Assembly: GCA_011109175.1 (NCBI GenBank)
Contig: RDEW01000017.1
Location: forward strand, 496,001-560,000
DNA length: 64,000 nt
Reading direction: 5' to 3'
Source of the DNA: Dicyema japonicum
Lineage: Eukaryota > Animalia > Dicyemida
Both the position numbers and the translations under genes were made by a program. The notes beneath the pieces were generated by a model. The model worked only from the letters and a program-made list of their open reading frames with translations. It made no database searches and was not told the origin of the DNA. Positions within the stretch are counted from its first letter, which is position 1. Every line of letters starts with the position of its first letter. Below are positions 10,150 through 23,110 of this stretch, one piece after another.

Positions 10150-12975
10150 ATGCCTATAACAATGTCCAACAGAGAACCAGAACCCATAATCAAAAAATTG
10201 AACCCGATAGTGAAACCGATACGAGAACGACCGACGCCTCTAGGACATACTCAGACAACCTGACTTTGCAGATCTCAGTCAACTCTGCTATGAGTGCGAT
10301 TAAGATCGCTAACGTATTGTACCTTTACGACTAATCAGGCTATATGAGGATGAACCACAGAGGATCGGGCACCTCGATTATACAGAAACTCTGGATCGAT
10401 TATACAGAAACTCTGACAAGACAGCCTTTATAGAAGACGTGAATGGTGCTAGCTCCTCTGGACCGAACATTCATTGGTTCAGAATGACAACCTCAGGTAT
10501 CAGAGATTGTAATAAAGAACATACCATTTGGGTTGAGGACAGCGATCTCCTAGACTACCTCCAAGAGAAGGCTCTATCTACTTTCGAATGTTCAGACGAG
10601 GACAGCCGCTGCCAATGGCGAAAACGTTGGTCAGAAACAAAGAGAAGGCTCTATCTACTTTCGAATGTTCAGACGAGGACAGCCGCTGCCAATGGCGAAA
10701 ACGTTGGTCAGAAACAAATCAGAGGCCAATGGATTGCGAAGAGGAACACAATATCTCGAATGCAAGATGAATCCGGGATCAAACTGTGTTAACTGTGGAT
10801 CTTCTAAACACGAGGCCAGATATGGAGGATGCCCCGTGATATTAGAAGCTAAACATAAATTTGATGCACGCAACAGCAAAACGGAATTTAGACAAAATGA
10901 AAAGACTAAAGTCGAATGCAACAAGGAAACTCCACTGATAATAATCACAGAATCAATGAAACCGACAAAGAAGATAGTGCTGGTGAATGCCCGATTTCTG
11001 AGGAAGAGGCATTATGATCTAGCACTAATTTTGACAGCCATCAGGATTAACGTCCAGGTGGTCTAGGAGACCACAATGAACTAAATTGGAGGGATTCAAC
11101 TCTATAGAAATACCGTGGGCGGAAGGCGCAGAAACCACTTTGTTCTACCGAGATGACCTTCAAACACGGAACCTGAATATTATCTGGGCCACACAATGCG
11201 AATTCGTGTCCATCGAGATACGTTGCTGTGGCTCGTGGATAAACATCGGGGGCATGTACTTAAAGGACATCAGGAATTGTTCTACATAGATCATAGAATT
11301 TTTTGAAAAAAAGATATATCTATTCTGGTGGGTGACCTAAACGCTCCGTTGGACCCTAACTCGAACGTTAACTAAAGTATCGACATTTCAGCCATTACCT
11401 TGGGGTTGATCAAAGAAAGGAACCGTCTGAGAACTAAGCTAAGAAGATGTGCTGACCGAATAGCTCTCATCGATCGACCAAAGATAACCAAAAGAGCCAT
11501 CGAAGAAAGAAAAAGATTGGCTCTGGAGCAAATATGGAGGGTCGAGGCAAGCAAGTTGGAAGCCAAAGATCCCTCTTTCTGGAGAATCTACAAAAGAATA
11601 ACTGGCCAGATGAACGACGAAAGGAAGATCATCTTGAACAACCAGGATGAAAACTCTTACTCTACAAAAGAAGCTCCGGCAATCTTTAAAAGATAATTGG
11701 ACTAAATCCAGGGAGTCAATCCAATGGTGTTGATCCCTTGTGAGGAGATGGAGGCGTCGCAAGAACTTCATAACTACTCTTTGAACAACCTCAAGGACGT
11801 CGAGATGAAAATTATCCTAGAGGACGTCGTGGTTGCAATCAGAACATGCAAAGCAAATGCTCCGAGCCATGACCACGTTAGCATGAGTATGTTTAAAGTT
11901 GCTGGTTCTTAAGAACTTGTTCAACGGAAGCATTGACCACGGATATGTCCCAAAACGATGCAAGAGGCTGAGTCGGCATATAGAAGAGAGTGATTTTCTC
12001 CTTGCGGAACAATGGGCTTCAGGCCCGGAAAATCTTGTACAGATTGCATCCACCAAATGCACTTGGAATTACTGAAAGGATCGAGATTCAAGAGACAAGT
12101 AAACATGGTATACCTGGACCTATCCAAGGCCTTTGATGGCGTGTGGCATGAAGCCCTTCTGTCAAGGCTTGTGGCTGCAGAAATTCCAAAACTACTTTTC
12201 ATATGGTCAAATGTTTCCGGAGACGTTTTATTAAAGAGGGGTGTTCCACAGGGCTCTGTCTTGAGTCCTCTACTGTTCGACATCTTCTTATCAGACTTTT
12301 AACTCCATTGGACCCTAACTCTAAATTATTAATTTACGCGGACGACATCTTAATCATGGATATTTCTTGCAGGTCGACGCTCTCCGAGAAAAGACTCAGG
12401 ATATTTATTGACCGGGTGGAAGACTGTTGTGTCCGGAGAGGGATGAAACTCTCAACAGAGAAGTCAAACTTTATGAGAATCATCCGTTTACGAAGCCATC
12501 ACCTGGGTGTAGCAGTCGACCAGGAAGGCTCATTTCTGTAGGACATCAAGCTGAGGAGGAAAAGACGCTGCAAGCGCTCCTTTGCGCACACAACATGGTC
12601 GTCAGTATGGAGACCTTCCTCTTCATCTTTATGAGGATAATTACAACGATACTGTTATATGGATGCAAAGCATGGTACCTATCCATGAAGAAGGAAAGAA
12701 TATTGTCACTACTGGAAAAGTCTAAAAGATCAGCCATAAAGTTAGCCCTGGGCAGAAGACTACGCGACGTCCTGAGCACTCAAGAGGACGGGATTCTTAC
12801 CCCAGTAAAGCAGATTGTGGAAAACAGGATTTGTGGACTCCTACGCAAGAACGCAAATTAATAATGGAGATGAGGGACGTCGGATGTGTCCAGGAAGCAA
12901 AGGCGGACTAGTAAAATCCCTACACCTAACTCCTAATTCCTTTTTAATAAAGTTTTTCAGTTTCAGTTTTTCAGA
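10150..12975 (+). mobile_element. Jockey/I-group LINE, decayed (gag-like ORF1, APE, RT)
   Basis: Zinc knuckle CVNCGSSKHEARYGGCP; APE IVLVNAR and LVGDLNA; RT GFRPGKSCTD, YLDLSKAFDGVWH, GVPQGSVLSPLLF, IYADD; many stops and frameshifts; (tttcag)n tail. 5' limit is uncertain. Confidence 0.88.
10563..10716 (+). repeat. Perfect 77-bp tandem duplication inside LINE ORF1
   Basis: aagagaaggctctatctac..ggtcagaaaca at 10563-10639 and 10640-10716. Confidence 0.92.
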
Positions 12976-13139
12976 TTAATTGGTGCCGCAATCACACTTA
13001 TTAAACCTTTTTCCAAATTATTTAAACCTTTTAATTTTTTTCCTCCGCTTGTAGAGATTTTTACTATCTAAACCATTAATTTGACGATTAATGAATTTTT
13101 ATACTGTGTTATACTTGTTCTACATAAGAAATTTGAAAG

Positions 13140-13290
13140 GGTTGATGCCTGAGCAGAAAAACCGTTGCAGGTCCATCTGCGAAGATATATATGAGAGGCT
13201 TCTGAGCTAATCAGACCAACACCGACGCGCCTGTCTAGTCACTGGAAGATGCAAATGGAGTGGCGCTCGATCAATGCCCTCCCAGTTTAA
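13140..13290 (+). mobile_element. CRE-like retrotransposon fragment
   Basis: gcctgtctagtcactggaa..aatggagtggcgct..atcaatgcc matches the reverse complement of ~22745-22815. Confidence 0.7.
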
Positions 13291-13359
13291 AGAAGGCATA
13301 GAGCAGAACAGAATCATTTGGCCAAATAGGCAGCTTTTCAGTATATTGCGTTCTCAAAT

Positions 13360-13560
13360 TTATTTATTAACCCCGGATATATAGAGAAGAGATTAGGAAT
13401 TAATTAACTTCCATTTAAAGAATTTCCAATTCCCATGGCCGTGAGAAATATTTTTTTTATCCTTATTCGCCATTATGGGAACCCCTCCATTGGAGTAATG
13501 AAGATGCCAACTAGACACTGAGTCAGGTAGATCCCACGATGAGTTCTCTTAGAATAAATA
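13360..13560 (-). repeat. Short element family B, diverged reverse copy
   Basis: ttattaaccccggata and aacccctccattggag are reverse complements of the family B tail and of its ctccaNtggaggggtt motif. Confidence 0.65.
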
Positions 13561-13599
13561 ATTAGTTAAATGCATTCCCGCGTTACCGATATAGGGATC

Positions 13600-13790
13600 C
13601 GCTTGTGCGCGCTCTTCACTACCAGTTTTTCCCATATAACTTTCCTCCTCGCACGTCTCAGAAGTTGATCGAGGAAATCAATGCACAAGGTTCCTTGTTT
13701 AGTTTTCGAAGTGAATCCTCTGATGTTGAAAGTTGCAATTGTAGACAGAGTAGAGTACAATAAAGACATTATTAGAGTCAACCACTCAAT
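13600..13790 (-). mobile_element. APE endonuclease N-terminal fragment of a LINE
   Basis: IATFNIRGFTSKTKQGTLCIDF resembles FLTFNARGISKPQSRNILCDDL at the start of the 26283 element. Confidence 0.55.
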
Positions 13791-13859
13791 CAAAAAATAA
13801 AAAACATTACATTACATATTATTTTAAAAATAATTAATTAATTTTATAATTCTCGTTGG

Positions 13860-14145
13860 ATGGGTGAACGTTACAATATAAATACTAGATTGGAGCATTT
13901 ACAGTCTAAATATGTTGGGACAGGTCATTCTGACACAAATAAAGTATATTTTAATATTATACCAATAGTGGGAGTGGGTGACCAATCAACATCGTGACAG
14001 TTATGTCTCTTATATTGGTCATTTCGATCTATTGAGCTATATGGCCATTGCGGAGAACGAAAGCAAGTCACGGATCAGATTTAGTATGTTGCAGAGGATG
14101 TTACAGCCTTGTGGTCCTCCTCCGCCACCTAAAGAGGACATTTAA
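13860..14145 (+). CDS. SF3B5: Splicing factor 3B subunit 5 (2 exons, intron 13944-13968)
   Basis: MGERYNINTRLEHLQSKYVGTGHSDTNK|WEWVTNQHRDSYVSYIGHFDLLSYMAIAENESKSRIRFSMLQRMLQPCGPPPPPKEDI*; absent from the ORF track. Confidence 0.97.
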
Positions 14146-14194
14146 CAATTTTGAATAAATTCGATTTGTTTTTTGAATGTAGTTGCTAAGCAAT

Positions 14195-15415
14195 ATGAAT
14201 AACCAATCAACGTAATGTGGTATTGTTACCTCCAGGTCCGTGGTGGTACTGGGGAATCTTCCAGCCAACGATTACACCAAGATGGATGACTCGGACATGC
14301 CTTCACTTTGTAAGGTTATAACGCAAACCAATATCGTTCGACTGATCGACCTGTCTTTCAACAATATTGGAGATGATGGTATCTCCATTTTGGTCGGTTG
14401 CATCCAGAATAGCCAAGTGGGAAGCCTTAATCTTCAAGGAAACGACATTGGGACTGTGGGAGCTACTACATTGGCTGATCTCCTTAAAGTCTGATTTCTC
14501 GTCAATTTCAGTCCAATGCACACCTCAAAGTTCTCAATTTAAAAGCAAACAAGATCGGACGGAAAGGGGGACTTGAAATAGCAAAGTCCCTCAGAGTAAA
14601 TTCAACATTGGAAGAACTGGATATTGGAGAGACTGACCAAGTAAGTTGATGTTATTACAAGACAGGAAATGGAGTCGCTGATTGCCTTTGCGATTGTCCT
14701 CAGCTCATCAAACTCTTTGAAGAAACTCAATGTCTCTCGCCCACTTCTATTTACCCATGAAGAGGAGTCAACGATACACTTCTCAGATATGCTCAAAGTA
14801 CCATCGATTCCTATAAACAGATCAATTCCTCACTTACTGAAATTCATCTGGCAAAGATGAACATTAAAGACCTCGGAGCAATGTGGTTGGCCAATTCTCT
14901 GGTTCACAACAAAACTCTAAGGTTGCTTGATCTGTCTTGGTTGGTACCAGGGTTTTATTTTAGCAATGAAATAACATGTGACGGAGCCTACGACGTGGCA
15001 CGAATACTAAAAGAAAATGATACGTTAGAAATCCTCGATTTAAGTTGCAATGACCTCAAGGATGAAGGATCATTGGCTATAGCTGATGCGCTATTATCCC
15101 AAACCTCCCTTCATACGTATTATTACTATTTTAAGCAGACTTTCTATGACTAATAATTCGATACGGGATCGTGGACTGTGTGGACTGGCTGAAGGAATCA
15201 TGTTCAACGGCACTCTTAAGTATCTGTATATTTGGGGAATCACGTGGGTGATGATGCGGCTGAGGTAAACAGTTAGATAGTACAGTTAGACACTGGCAAG
15301 TTTAACTCTGACTGGAAGACTAAAAACAGAAAATGTTGATTACACTCCATATGTGGTTGATGATGTGACGTATTTGGCCTGGAATTGTAGTAAACCCAAC
15401 GAATTTACAATTTAA
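14195..15415 (+). CDS. LRRC34: Leucine-rich repeat-containing protein 34 (multi-exon; 1-nt frameshift at ~15234)
   Basis: RNI-like LRRs with diagnostic ESLIAFAIVL..LNVSRPLLFTHEEESTIHFSDMLK, YLYIWG and C-terminal GRLKTENVDYTPYVVDDVTYLA. Confidence 0.88.
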
Positions 15416-15459
15416 TGTGACTAACATTATTCACTAATTATATTATTTTCATTTTTTTA

Positions 15460-15560
15460 TTTATTTTAATAACCCCGGGAACACCGAGAAAGAAAGACAA
15501 AAGAGTCAAACAGTTAGGTGATCCCAGTCCTCGCAATCAATTGTGCCATTCGACGTCTGT
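15460..15560 (-). repeat. Family B/C-type 3' tail fragment
   Basis: Reverse complement reads ctgggatcacctaactg..tctcggtgttcccggggttattaaaa. Confidence 0.6.
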
Positions 15561-16934
15561 GATCTTCCATCGTCCCCACTACTTTCCGGAAGAGCCTTCT
15601 CTCGTTCTTGCAGAGGAATCCGATCGGGGAGGGGAATTTCTTATTTAATCGGTTTATCATTATTTTCATTGATACAGTGTGACCTCGGTTTGGGGCGGAC
15701 CCCGCCCTTGGGCACTTCCTTTGGAATATCTAAACAAAGTTGATCTTTTGCGGATAAAAAAACCGAAAATCCAGCATAAAACTTGAGGAATAAACCGAAA
15801 TCGCTTAATTTCCAAAAGACTACTCTAAAAAGCCACGACGCAAGCGTGACTTGGTGGCTCCTCCAGTTGTGGGAATCAATTTTGCACTTAAATCAACGCG
15901 AACGACAATACACAGTTCTTCCCGAGATGCTATCATCCTGTTCCTTTGTGCTCTCGACGCTCGGGAGTCGGATTTCTACACGCAATGTAGATGATCTCCG
16001 CGAGGCTTTTGGCTATTTGAGCGAATCTCACTCGCAATCCTGAGGGAGAATAGCCACATAGTCAAAACAGTTTACCTAAACCAAAATATGCGCGAAATCA
16101 TCCATAGTTTGGTGGACAGTGTGGTCTACAAAAATTCCCACTGCCTAGGTTTTCAGTCTACCTGGCCAAAATCGAAGGATTTATTGAGAGACTGACGGTA
16201 TAGCTCTTAACAGTTGGCGAACGGTGGAAATTCTTAATAATCTAAAAGGTACTGGACACTCAAAGATGACTTGTGGATAATCCATCAGCAAACTCTTCCT
16301 GGCTCTTTCTACCTTAAGTCCATGCTCAGTACTGCCCATGCTGTGCCATAAACTTAGTTGGCTTTACTTTGTAGAAATAATACGCAGAAAAGATTTATCA
16401 AAAGATTATCAACAATACTTGTTTGTTTTCAAAAAGCATTTCAAGTGTACTTTTGTATTAAATACGAACAAAAATATTTAACAACCCTTTACAAATATTA
16501 CAAGTAATTTTTTAAACTTTCTCCGCAAAATCAATTATTTCACAATTTTATGAGTGTAGCTTTCATTCCATTTTTGATGCATGTCAAGTTAGTACATTTA
16601 TCCGGGTTAATCAAAACCATTAAAAAATTCATGAATAAATTCGTTATTGCCACATAAATTTAGAAGGGGAAAATGAGAAAGACACTTGAAATATTTTGTC
16701 ATGCCTTGGACAGACCAGAATCTTTACTGAGGTCCCCCTCCAACTGGTCTATTGAAGCTGTAGATATGATAGCAGGCTACAGGCATTCTTACGCAAAGAC
16801 ACAACCCTCTCCTCTACAGAAAATAGATAATAATTATCCAAGCTTACATCAACCAAATTACATAATTCTTATGTAAAATTTAATAAAAGCAAATAATAGA
16901 AAAATAATGAAAAATACAAAAAATAATAATAGAT

Positions 16935-18172
16935 TTATGCGAAGAATGATCTAGATGTTCCCTCGCCATACTCTTCGTTTTCACTCGAAATGTCAGAGTC
17001 TCCGAAAAGTCCCCAGTACTTAACCCCCTAAAATGAAAATCAATCCCTTACGATAAATTTTGCTTAGACAGCAGAAGCCACCTATAGTCCCTGTCGATAT
17101 TGAACTCGTACAACCACCCTGAACTAGAACCCACGTGCAACACAAAGTTATTGTTAGACGACCTAAAATATTCAAATCAGCTTACTTCACCAGAAATGCC
17201 TTATTTTGGTACCCATAACCACACGGGAGTTTGACTGAGCACATACTTCGCTGTTCGGAGGCAGACCCAGCCGACTCTATTGGCAGAAATCGCATTGAGG
17301 ACCACAACATGCTAGTTATCGACCCCCAAACAGAACTTTACTTTATAATAAAACTAACCCCTGCGGATTGCTGTTCAACTTGAAAATATGTACAGATCCA
17401 GTGTCGGAAGCCACCACGAGGAGCTCCAGATTGTAGAAAAACATCGAAGTTATGTTGGCAGACCTTAGATTTAGCCAACCAAGGACCTCATGAGTCCCCG
17501 AACAAACTTGAAGACCAAGCTTCCATCCTCGGTGTTATAGACCCTAATTAGCTTCCCCTAAAATCACACCAATGCCTACCGTGACTGGGGCGACAGCCAA
17601 CAGCCGACACTCTACAGAAAACTCTAACGCAGCAATCTGTTCCTCAAAGCACGTGATGGTAGTCAACTGACGAGATGGGATTGTTTTCAGAATCCCAACC
17701 TGGCCAACGTCACAGTGGGGGAATGCGATTGTATCACCAAGCATTGTCAGGGCGGGGGAGTCTACGTCAACGTCAGTGACAACATCCCCTATTGGGATGA
17801 TAGTGGAGGAGTTGAATATGTGGAGACGGCAGGAAACCTTCACAACGATAATTTTATCGTTTATTTGAAAGCCAGTTATATTTGCAGTGAAATTTAAATT
17901 TCTGATTCGTTTATTTTGCTGTGTGTCGTAGACGTTCAGCATTCGGGGATGATCCTTGGTTACAAAAAGTATTCTTCGACATCCGACTTCTTGCAAAATC
18001 ATCGAAACGTCCCATTTATCCGTTTTATTGCTAGAGAATAAGCTAAATGGAGTGTTGTCATCACATTTTATTAGACAAAATCCAATTTCAGTCCCAACAC
18101 AGAGTGTTCTTTGTTGTTTAGTGTAAAATACCTGTCTGTGTGAAGATATGATACGCAAGTCACCACAACCAT
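16935..18172 (-). CDS. Divergent WIPI/Atg18 (PROPPIN) WD40 protein, WIPI1/2-like
   Basis: Spliced: TLCVGTEIGF..HPRMLNVYD..IAALEFS..LLAVAPVT|GKLIRVYNTEDGSLVFKFVRGLMR|SANITSMFF..VASDTGSVHIFQ aligns with WIPI ATASEKGTVIRVF..EFRRG..SSNTETVHIFK. Confidence 0.78.
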
Positions 18173-19472
18173 TTGTAATTATTATACAATTTTATTTTAT
18201 ATTTTGATTTTGCTGTTATTTACTTTAAATTTATTTTTTATTAAAATATAATATATTGTAATTATTTTTGCTAGTTCCTCATTTATAAAGTCAGATAAAT
18301 ATAAAAAAATTAATAAATTTAACACTGTATATCACCTCATTTAACATTAGCTAATAACTTAGTTTTGTCCTTTCAGTGATGCAGCAATAACTTTCTTTAC
18401 GATTTGTACGGAAATTCATTCAATTAGACATCCCTCTTCTCGACTGTTTTTTGCTATAACGTAGGAAAGAAAAACTAATTTGGCTCCTATAATTATGATA
18501 TTTTTATGATATAATATCGAAATTTATAAATGTTTCATTCATCGATAGAATGGGCGAGGAATTGACTATATCGATCATAGCCTATATTGATCGAAAATTC
18601 CCAACCACTGCTCAAAAATGATTTTATGTATTTGCTGCTAAAACTGCTCAGTTTTTTCTTATCTAATTGAGGTTAATCGGACGGCTTGCGGGAAAGCAGA
18701 AGGGTGATCCTAGAATGTCCAGAACATCGGGCTAGTGATTATGAGCGGTAACTCTCATTGAGTGCTCAGGCTATAATGGAGACCTGTCACAACAACTTAA
18801 CTTTATTTAACAATATTTGATTTTTATTTAAAAAAATTAAGTTTAAATAAATTGCGGTATGATTATTACAACCGCCCTCAGATGATCGGATGATCCTGGT
18901 TACTAGTCTTAGTATGGGCCGCACTATAATTCTATATGGGCTGTACTCGGATAATCTTGATTCCAATCTCTTCACCCTCCTTTTTTTAACGACTTCTCAG
19001 ATCATCAGAGAGGAAGTTGATAGGAATAAAGTGGATATTAGATTACCTGTCGGAAATACTATGTGATGATAATTTTGATCGAATTGCAACAGATTTTGCA
19101 ATACAAATTGAATCCCAAAATTTACATAACACGTGGGTATATCCATGACAAAGCTCATATCAGCAAATCATATAAAAATCCAAACCTTCCTATTTTTTAT
19201 TATAAGCGACAGAACAGAATAATTCGTATAAACAATAATTTCGCCGTTTCAGATGATTCCTGTTACCAATCTCTTCCACTGTCCTCTGATATTGACTCCT
19301 CAGATAACCAAGGTCTTTGCCGTCTCCATATTTTCATTGAAAATTTCATGAGCGTCGATGGAATCATTTTTCAGTTGCGGTAAAAATTAAAATATCTTAA
19401 ATCCTTTAAAAATCGACATATTGACGTAACGAAAATTATCTGTAAATTTTATCCAACTGTTGAAATTTATAT

Positions 19473-21996
19473 TATTTTTATTACTAGCACTTTCACAAGA
19501 GCCATAATATTTATAGCCCCGCATGTTCTGCAAAAAATATAAGAGAATTAGTTAGGTTGCTCAAGCTCTTCTGTTCTTTGCTAGGTCCCTCAGTGAGTCC
19601 AGATCGTCACCAGAAGCTAATGTTTTCTTCACGGCTTTCAGATCGTTTTGTAGAACGACAGGGAAGGTAGTTCTCGGTCTTCCACGAAAGTTTTACATTG
19701 GAGGAGTAGTAATCTTCCATTGCGATGTTCGGAGGGGATATCGGGTCCAACCTCAGGACGTGTCCAAAAAGTCTCCAACGAGAGCTAATGATCTCGTGGC
19801 TTAATGGTTTACAGTCACACTTATTGTACAGTCCATTCCGCGAGATCTTGGATGGTCAGGACATTCCAATTATGTTTCTTAGATGATTCCTGTGAAATGA
19901 GTCTAGCCTCTCCAATTCCTCTTTAGAGGTGGCCCAGGTCCCAGAGTTGTATAGTAGAATTGGTTTGATGAAAGTGTCGTATAACATAATCCTTTGTTTT
20001 ATGTTATATCCTTTCCGTTTTAGCCAAAGATTTTTCAGCCTTTGTAATGCCGCATTTGCCAATGTTTTTCTCCGTATGATGTCTTCGCTATCTCCTAGTA
20101 GTGAGCCAAGTTTTTTTATGTGTCTCTATTTTTCTTCAAGTGAGTTGTTCATTCGTCTTATCTCTGTCCGTTCTGTTTTTTCACTGTTCACGGTGAGAAA
20201 CTATTTCCCAAGTATATCTGGTGCTTTTTCTAGTACATGCTCCAGGAGTTCTTTTTCTTCAGAAATTAGATCGACATCACCAGTATAAATCACTTCTTCT
20301 ATTTTTCCTTGATATAATGGTCTCAGTTCCTCATAGCGGCCTCCAAGTATATTGTGAATAGTAGGGGAGAAAGGGAGTCTCCTTGAGGAGTGCCTGTGTT
20401 TGTTTCAAATTTTCTTGGGTAGGTTTTTCCAACTCTCACAAGGAGCTCTGTGTTAGATAGAAGGATTTGAATCATTCTTAGAGTCGATTCGTCAATAAAC
20501 CCTTCCAGCACTGTCATCAATTTTTTCCTGTTAACCGAGTCAAAGGCTTTTGATAGATCTATTCCCAGAATGTGGATGGCATTGCAATATCTTTGATGTG
20601 TTGCACATCTCTATCTGTGAGTCCAGACTGCATCAGCTGTTGATCTCCTTTCTCTAAACCCACTTTGACTTTCGGGTAGATATTCATAGGCGGGTCCTTT
20701 TATTCGTTCCAATACAATGTTAGCTAAGACTTTCCGTAGAGAATTTGATAATATATCGGTCGTAAGTTTTCAACCGGTCCTTTGGGTTTATTGGGTTTTT
20801 GTATAGGAATTAGTAATCCCGTTCCGAGGGATCAAGTTGAGTTAGTTGAAAACACTTCATTTAGTAGTGTAGCGATTTATTAAAATAAGGGTCAGGCCCG
20901 TATTTCAGTAATTCTGGGTTTATCGTATCTGGTCCATGGCTTCTGTTATTTTTTAGTTTTTGACATGCTGTTTTTACTTCCAAAATTGAAATTGGTTCTT
21001 TTAAAGGTCTAGGCTTTCCTTTGAATGGGGGATTGCTGTAGCCACATTAAAAAGTTTCTCAAAATGTGTTGCAATTACCTCCGCTTGCTCTTCAGTATTC
21101 AGTAATGTCTTGCCATTTTTGTCTTTGATGATTATTCGTTCCTTCCGGTTTGTGTGGCGTAGTAAACGAGCGGCCATATACATTTGTGAATTATTTTTTA
21201 GTTTGGATACTTCATTGATTTTGAGAAGAAGTTCTTCTTGGTGAAGTGTCTTGTTCAGTCTCCTGATTTTTCTACGGATTTGGTCCCTCTGCCCCTGAAG
21301 GACTTTTCTTTTGTTATAGTCTTTTTCGATTAGTTTTTTTGTATGGATTTCCTTTAACTCCTTTGCTAATTCCTTTACTAGTTCTGTATGTGTCGTCAGA
21401 CCCTTACTGGCCATCTCCCGCGTGCCGAGGTACTGGCTTGCTGCTTCGTTTATTATATACTTCGTGTGATCCCACGAAATTCCTACTGTTTGGTCCTTCA
21501 GATAAAGCAGATGTGTTTTTGGTAACTTTTGACAGTCTGGATGAGAGATCAGTTTTCCCGTTGCGTATCCATTTCTTGTATTCTCATTATTATTGTTTGT
21601 TAATGTTATTATGTTTCTTATGTTTGATACCATGTTTCGCCAGGCTGAAGGTGACAATAACCATTCTGTGATCGCTGACAGTTGTTGAACCTACGTATGA
21701 GCGTGCGTTTATAAGAGAGCGTTTGTCATTGATCCGACATATAATATAATCAATTTGATTGTATATAGGGACTAGTTTTCCTTCTGAATTTTTTTGTTCG
21801 CCCATCCAAGTGGTTATGTGGCATTTTGTATCTTCTGCTTTCTAGACATTTTTCTTATCCGTTGTACAGAGAAGAAACGAGGCACGTCACCACCTCACCA
21901 ATTTCAATTTTGGAAGTAAAAACAGCATGTCAAAAACTAAAAAAATAACAGAAGCCCTGGACCAGATACGACAAACCCAGAATTACTGAAATACGG
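19473..21996 (-). mobile_element. RTE-like LINE copy 1 (both ends present, internal APE deletion, inverted 5' appendage)
   Basis: Highly similar to 26283-29243 in inverse orientation; GTPQGDSLSPLLF RT motif; 5' head at 21821-21900; 11-bp direct repeat gaaatttatat at 19462-19472 and 21996-22006. Confidence 0.93.
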
Positions 21997-22129
21997 AAAT
22001 TTATATCTATCAAATTATTTTAATTTTTTCCAAGAAATTTAATATTTAAAATGATATTTATTAATTTTTTACATTAAATTTTTATCAAAAACAAAAAAGT
22101 CAATCATAAATGATCCCCGCCGACATAAT

Positions 22130-22830
22130 CGACGTTGCGTTCTCTCTCACTATTGTTATAGAGATCAACTGGAGAAGCCACCGACCTTCACACGTGTTGT
22201 GGCTTTTTAGTGTAACCAGGCGTCCCAATTTCTTTAGGAAACGAAAGCGATTTTCCGCTGATTCCTCTTGTTGTCTCAACTACGATGGGGGCAGAACGTG
22301 AACCGATTGTGCAGCGCTCGTATTTTTTTCCTATGTTTTCATTGCTTTTTTCTCGGCATACAGTGTGTCTACCGCGCTCCCGACCATGTTGGATGGACAA
22401 AGGGGGTCGATACACGTTTCATCCCATACCAATGGCTTCCCCTTTTCGAATGGAAAGGTTTTAATTCCGTCCGATCGTTTTCCGTCCCTTCTGTCCAGGT
22501 AAATCGGTTCAAGTATGGAGTAGTACCCAGCAGACTTCAGACTCGCTTAACAATTCCGTTGATCACCTCATGTCTTTGGAATCGTCCTGCACTTCTTCGG
22601 CAAGAAAAGGCATGATGTCCATAACAGTCTACGGTGCCACCGCACCTGGACTTGTGAGTCTGGCAAATCTTCAGCCCATGTCTGATGGAGATACTGGCGC
22701 GGACAGTATCGTCATCAAGGCGGGTCCCGACGCTTCCGACCGGGATGGCATTGATTAAGCGCCACTCCATTCGCTTTTTCCAGTGACTAGACAGGCATGT
22801 CAATGTTGGCTTGATTGGTTCGGAAGCCTT
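22130..22830 (-). mobile_element. CRE-like non-LTR retrotransposon 3' part (zinc finger + restriction-like endonuclease)
   Basis: LINAIPVGSVGTRLDDDTVR..CGGTVDCYGHHAFSCRRSAGRFQRHEVIN..DGKRSDG..GKPLVWD..PIVVET..ISITIVRENA. Confidence 0.8.
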
Positions 22831-22964
22831 TCATATTTATCCTCGCAGATGGACCTGTAACTGTCTTTCTCTCAGGCATCTTGACTTTCAGATGTTCCGT
22901 ATCTCTGTTCTCTAACGATTCTGTTGTGAGTCGGAGAATCATCTTGATCAATAGCTTTCTGGTG

Positions 22965-23110
22965 CAGTGGGAAATCGCTTCGTTTCCTAAGAAGGTTGGA
23001 CGCTTGGTTACACTCAAAGCCACGACGCACGTGAGACTCAGTGGCTTCTCCTGTTGATCTCCGTTTTAATAGTGAGAGGCAACACAACGTCGAGTATTTC
23101 GATATTAAAT
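22965..23110 (+). mobile_element. CRE-like 3'-terminal fragment in opposite orientation
   Basis: Diverged inverted match to ~22130-22260 (aaatcgctt.cgtttccta..ggttacact.aaagccac..gtggcttctcc.gttgatctc). Confidence 0.7.

Noticed and set aside
18660-19400. ORFs 18787-18975 and 19063-19383
   Set aside because: No recognisable motifs or consistent exon chain.
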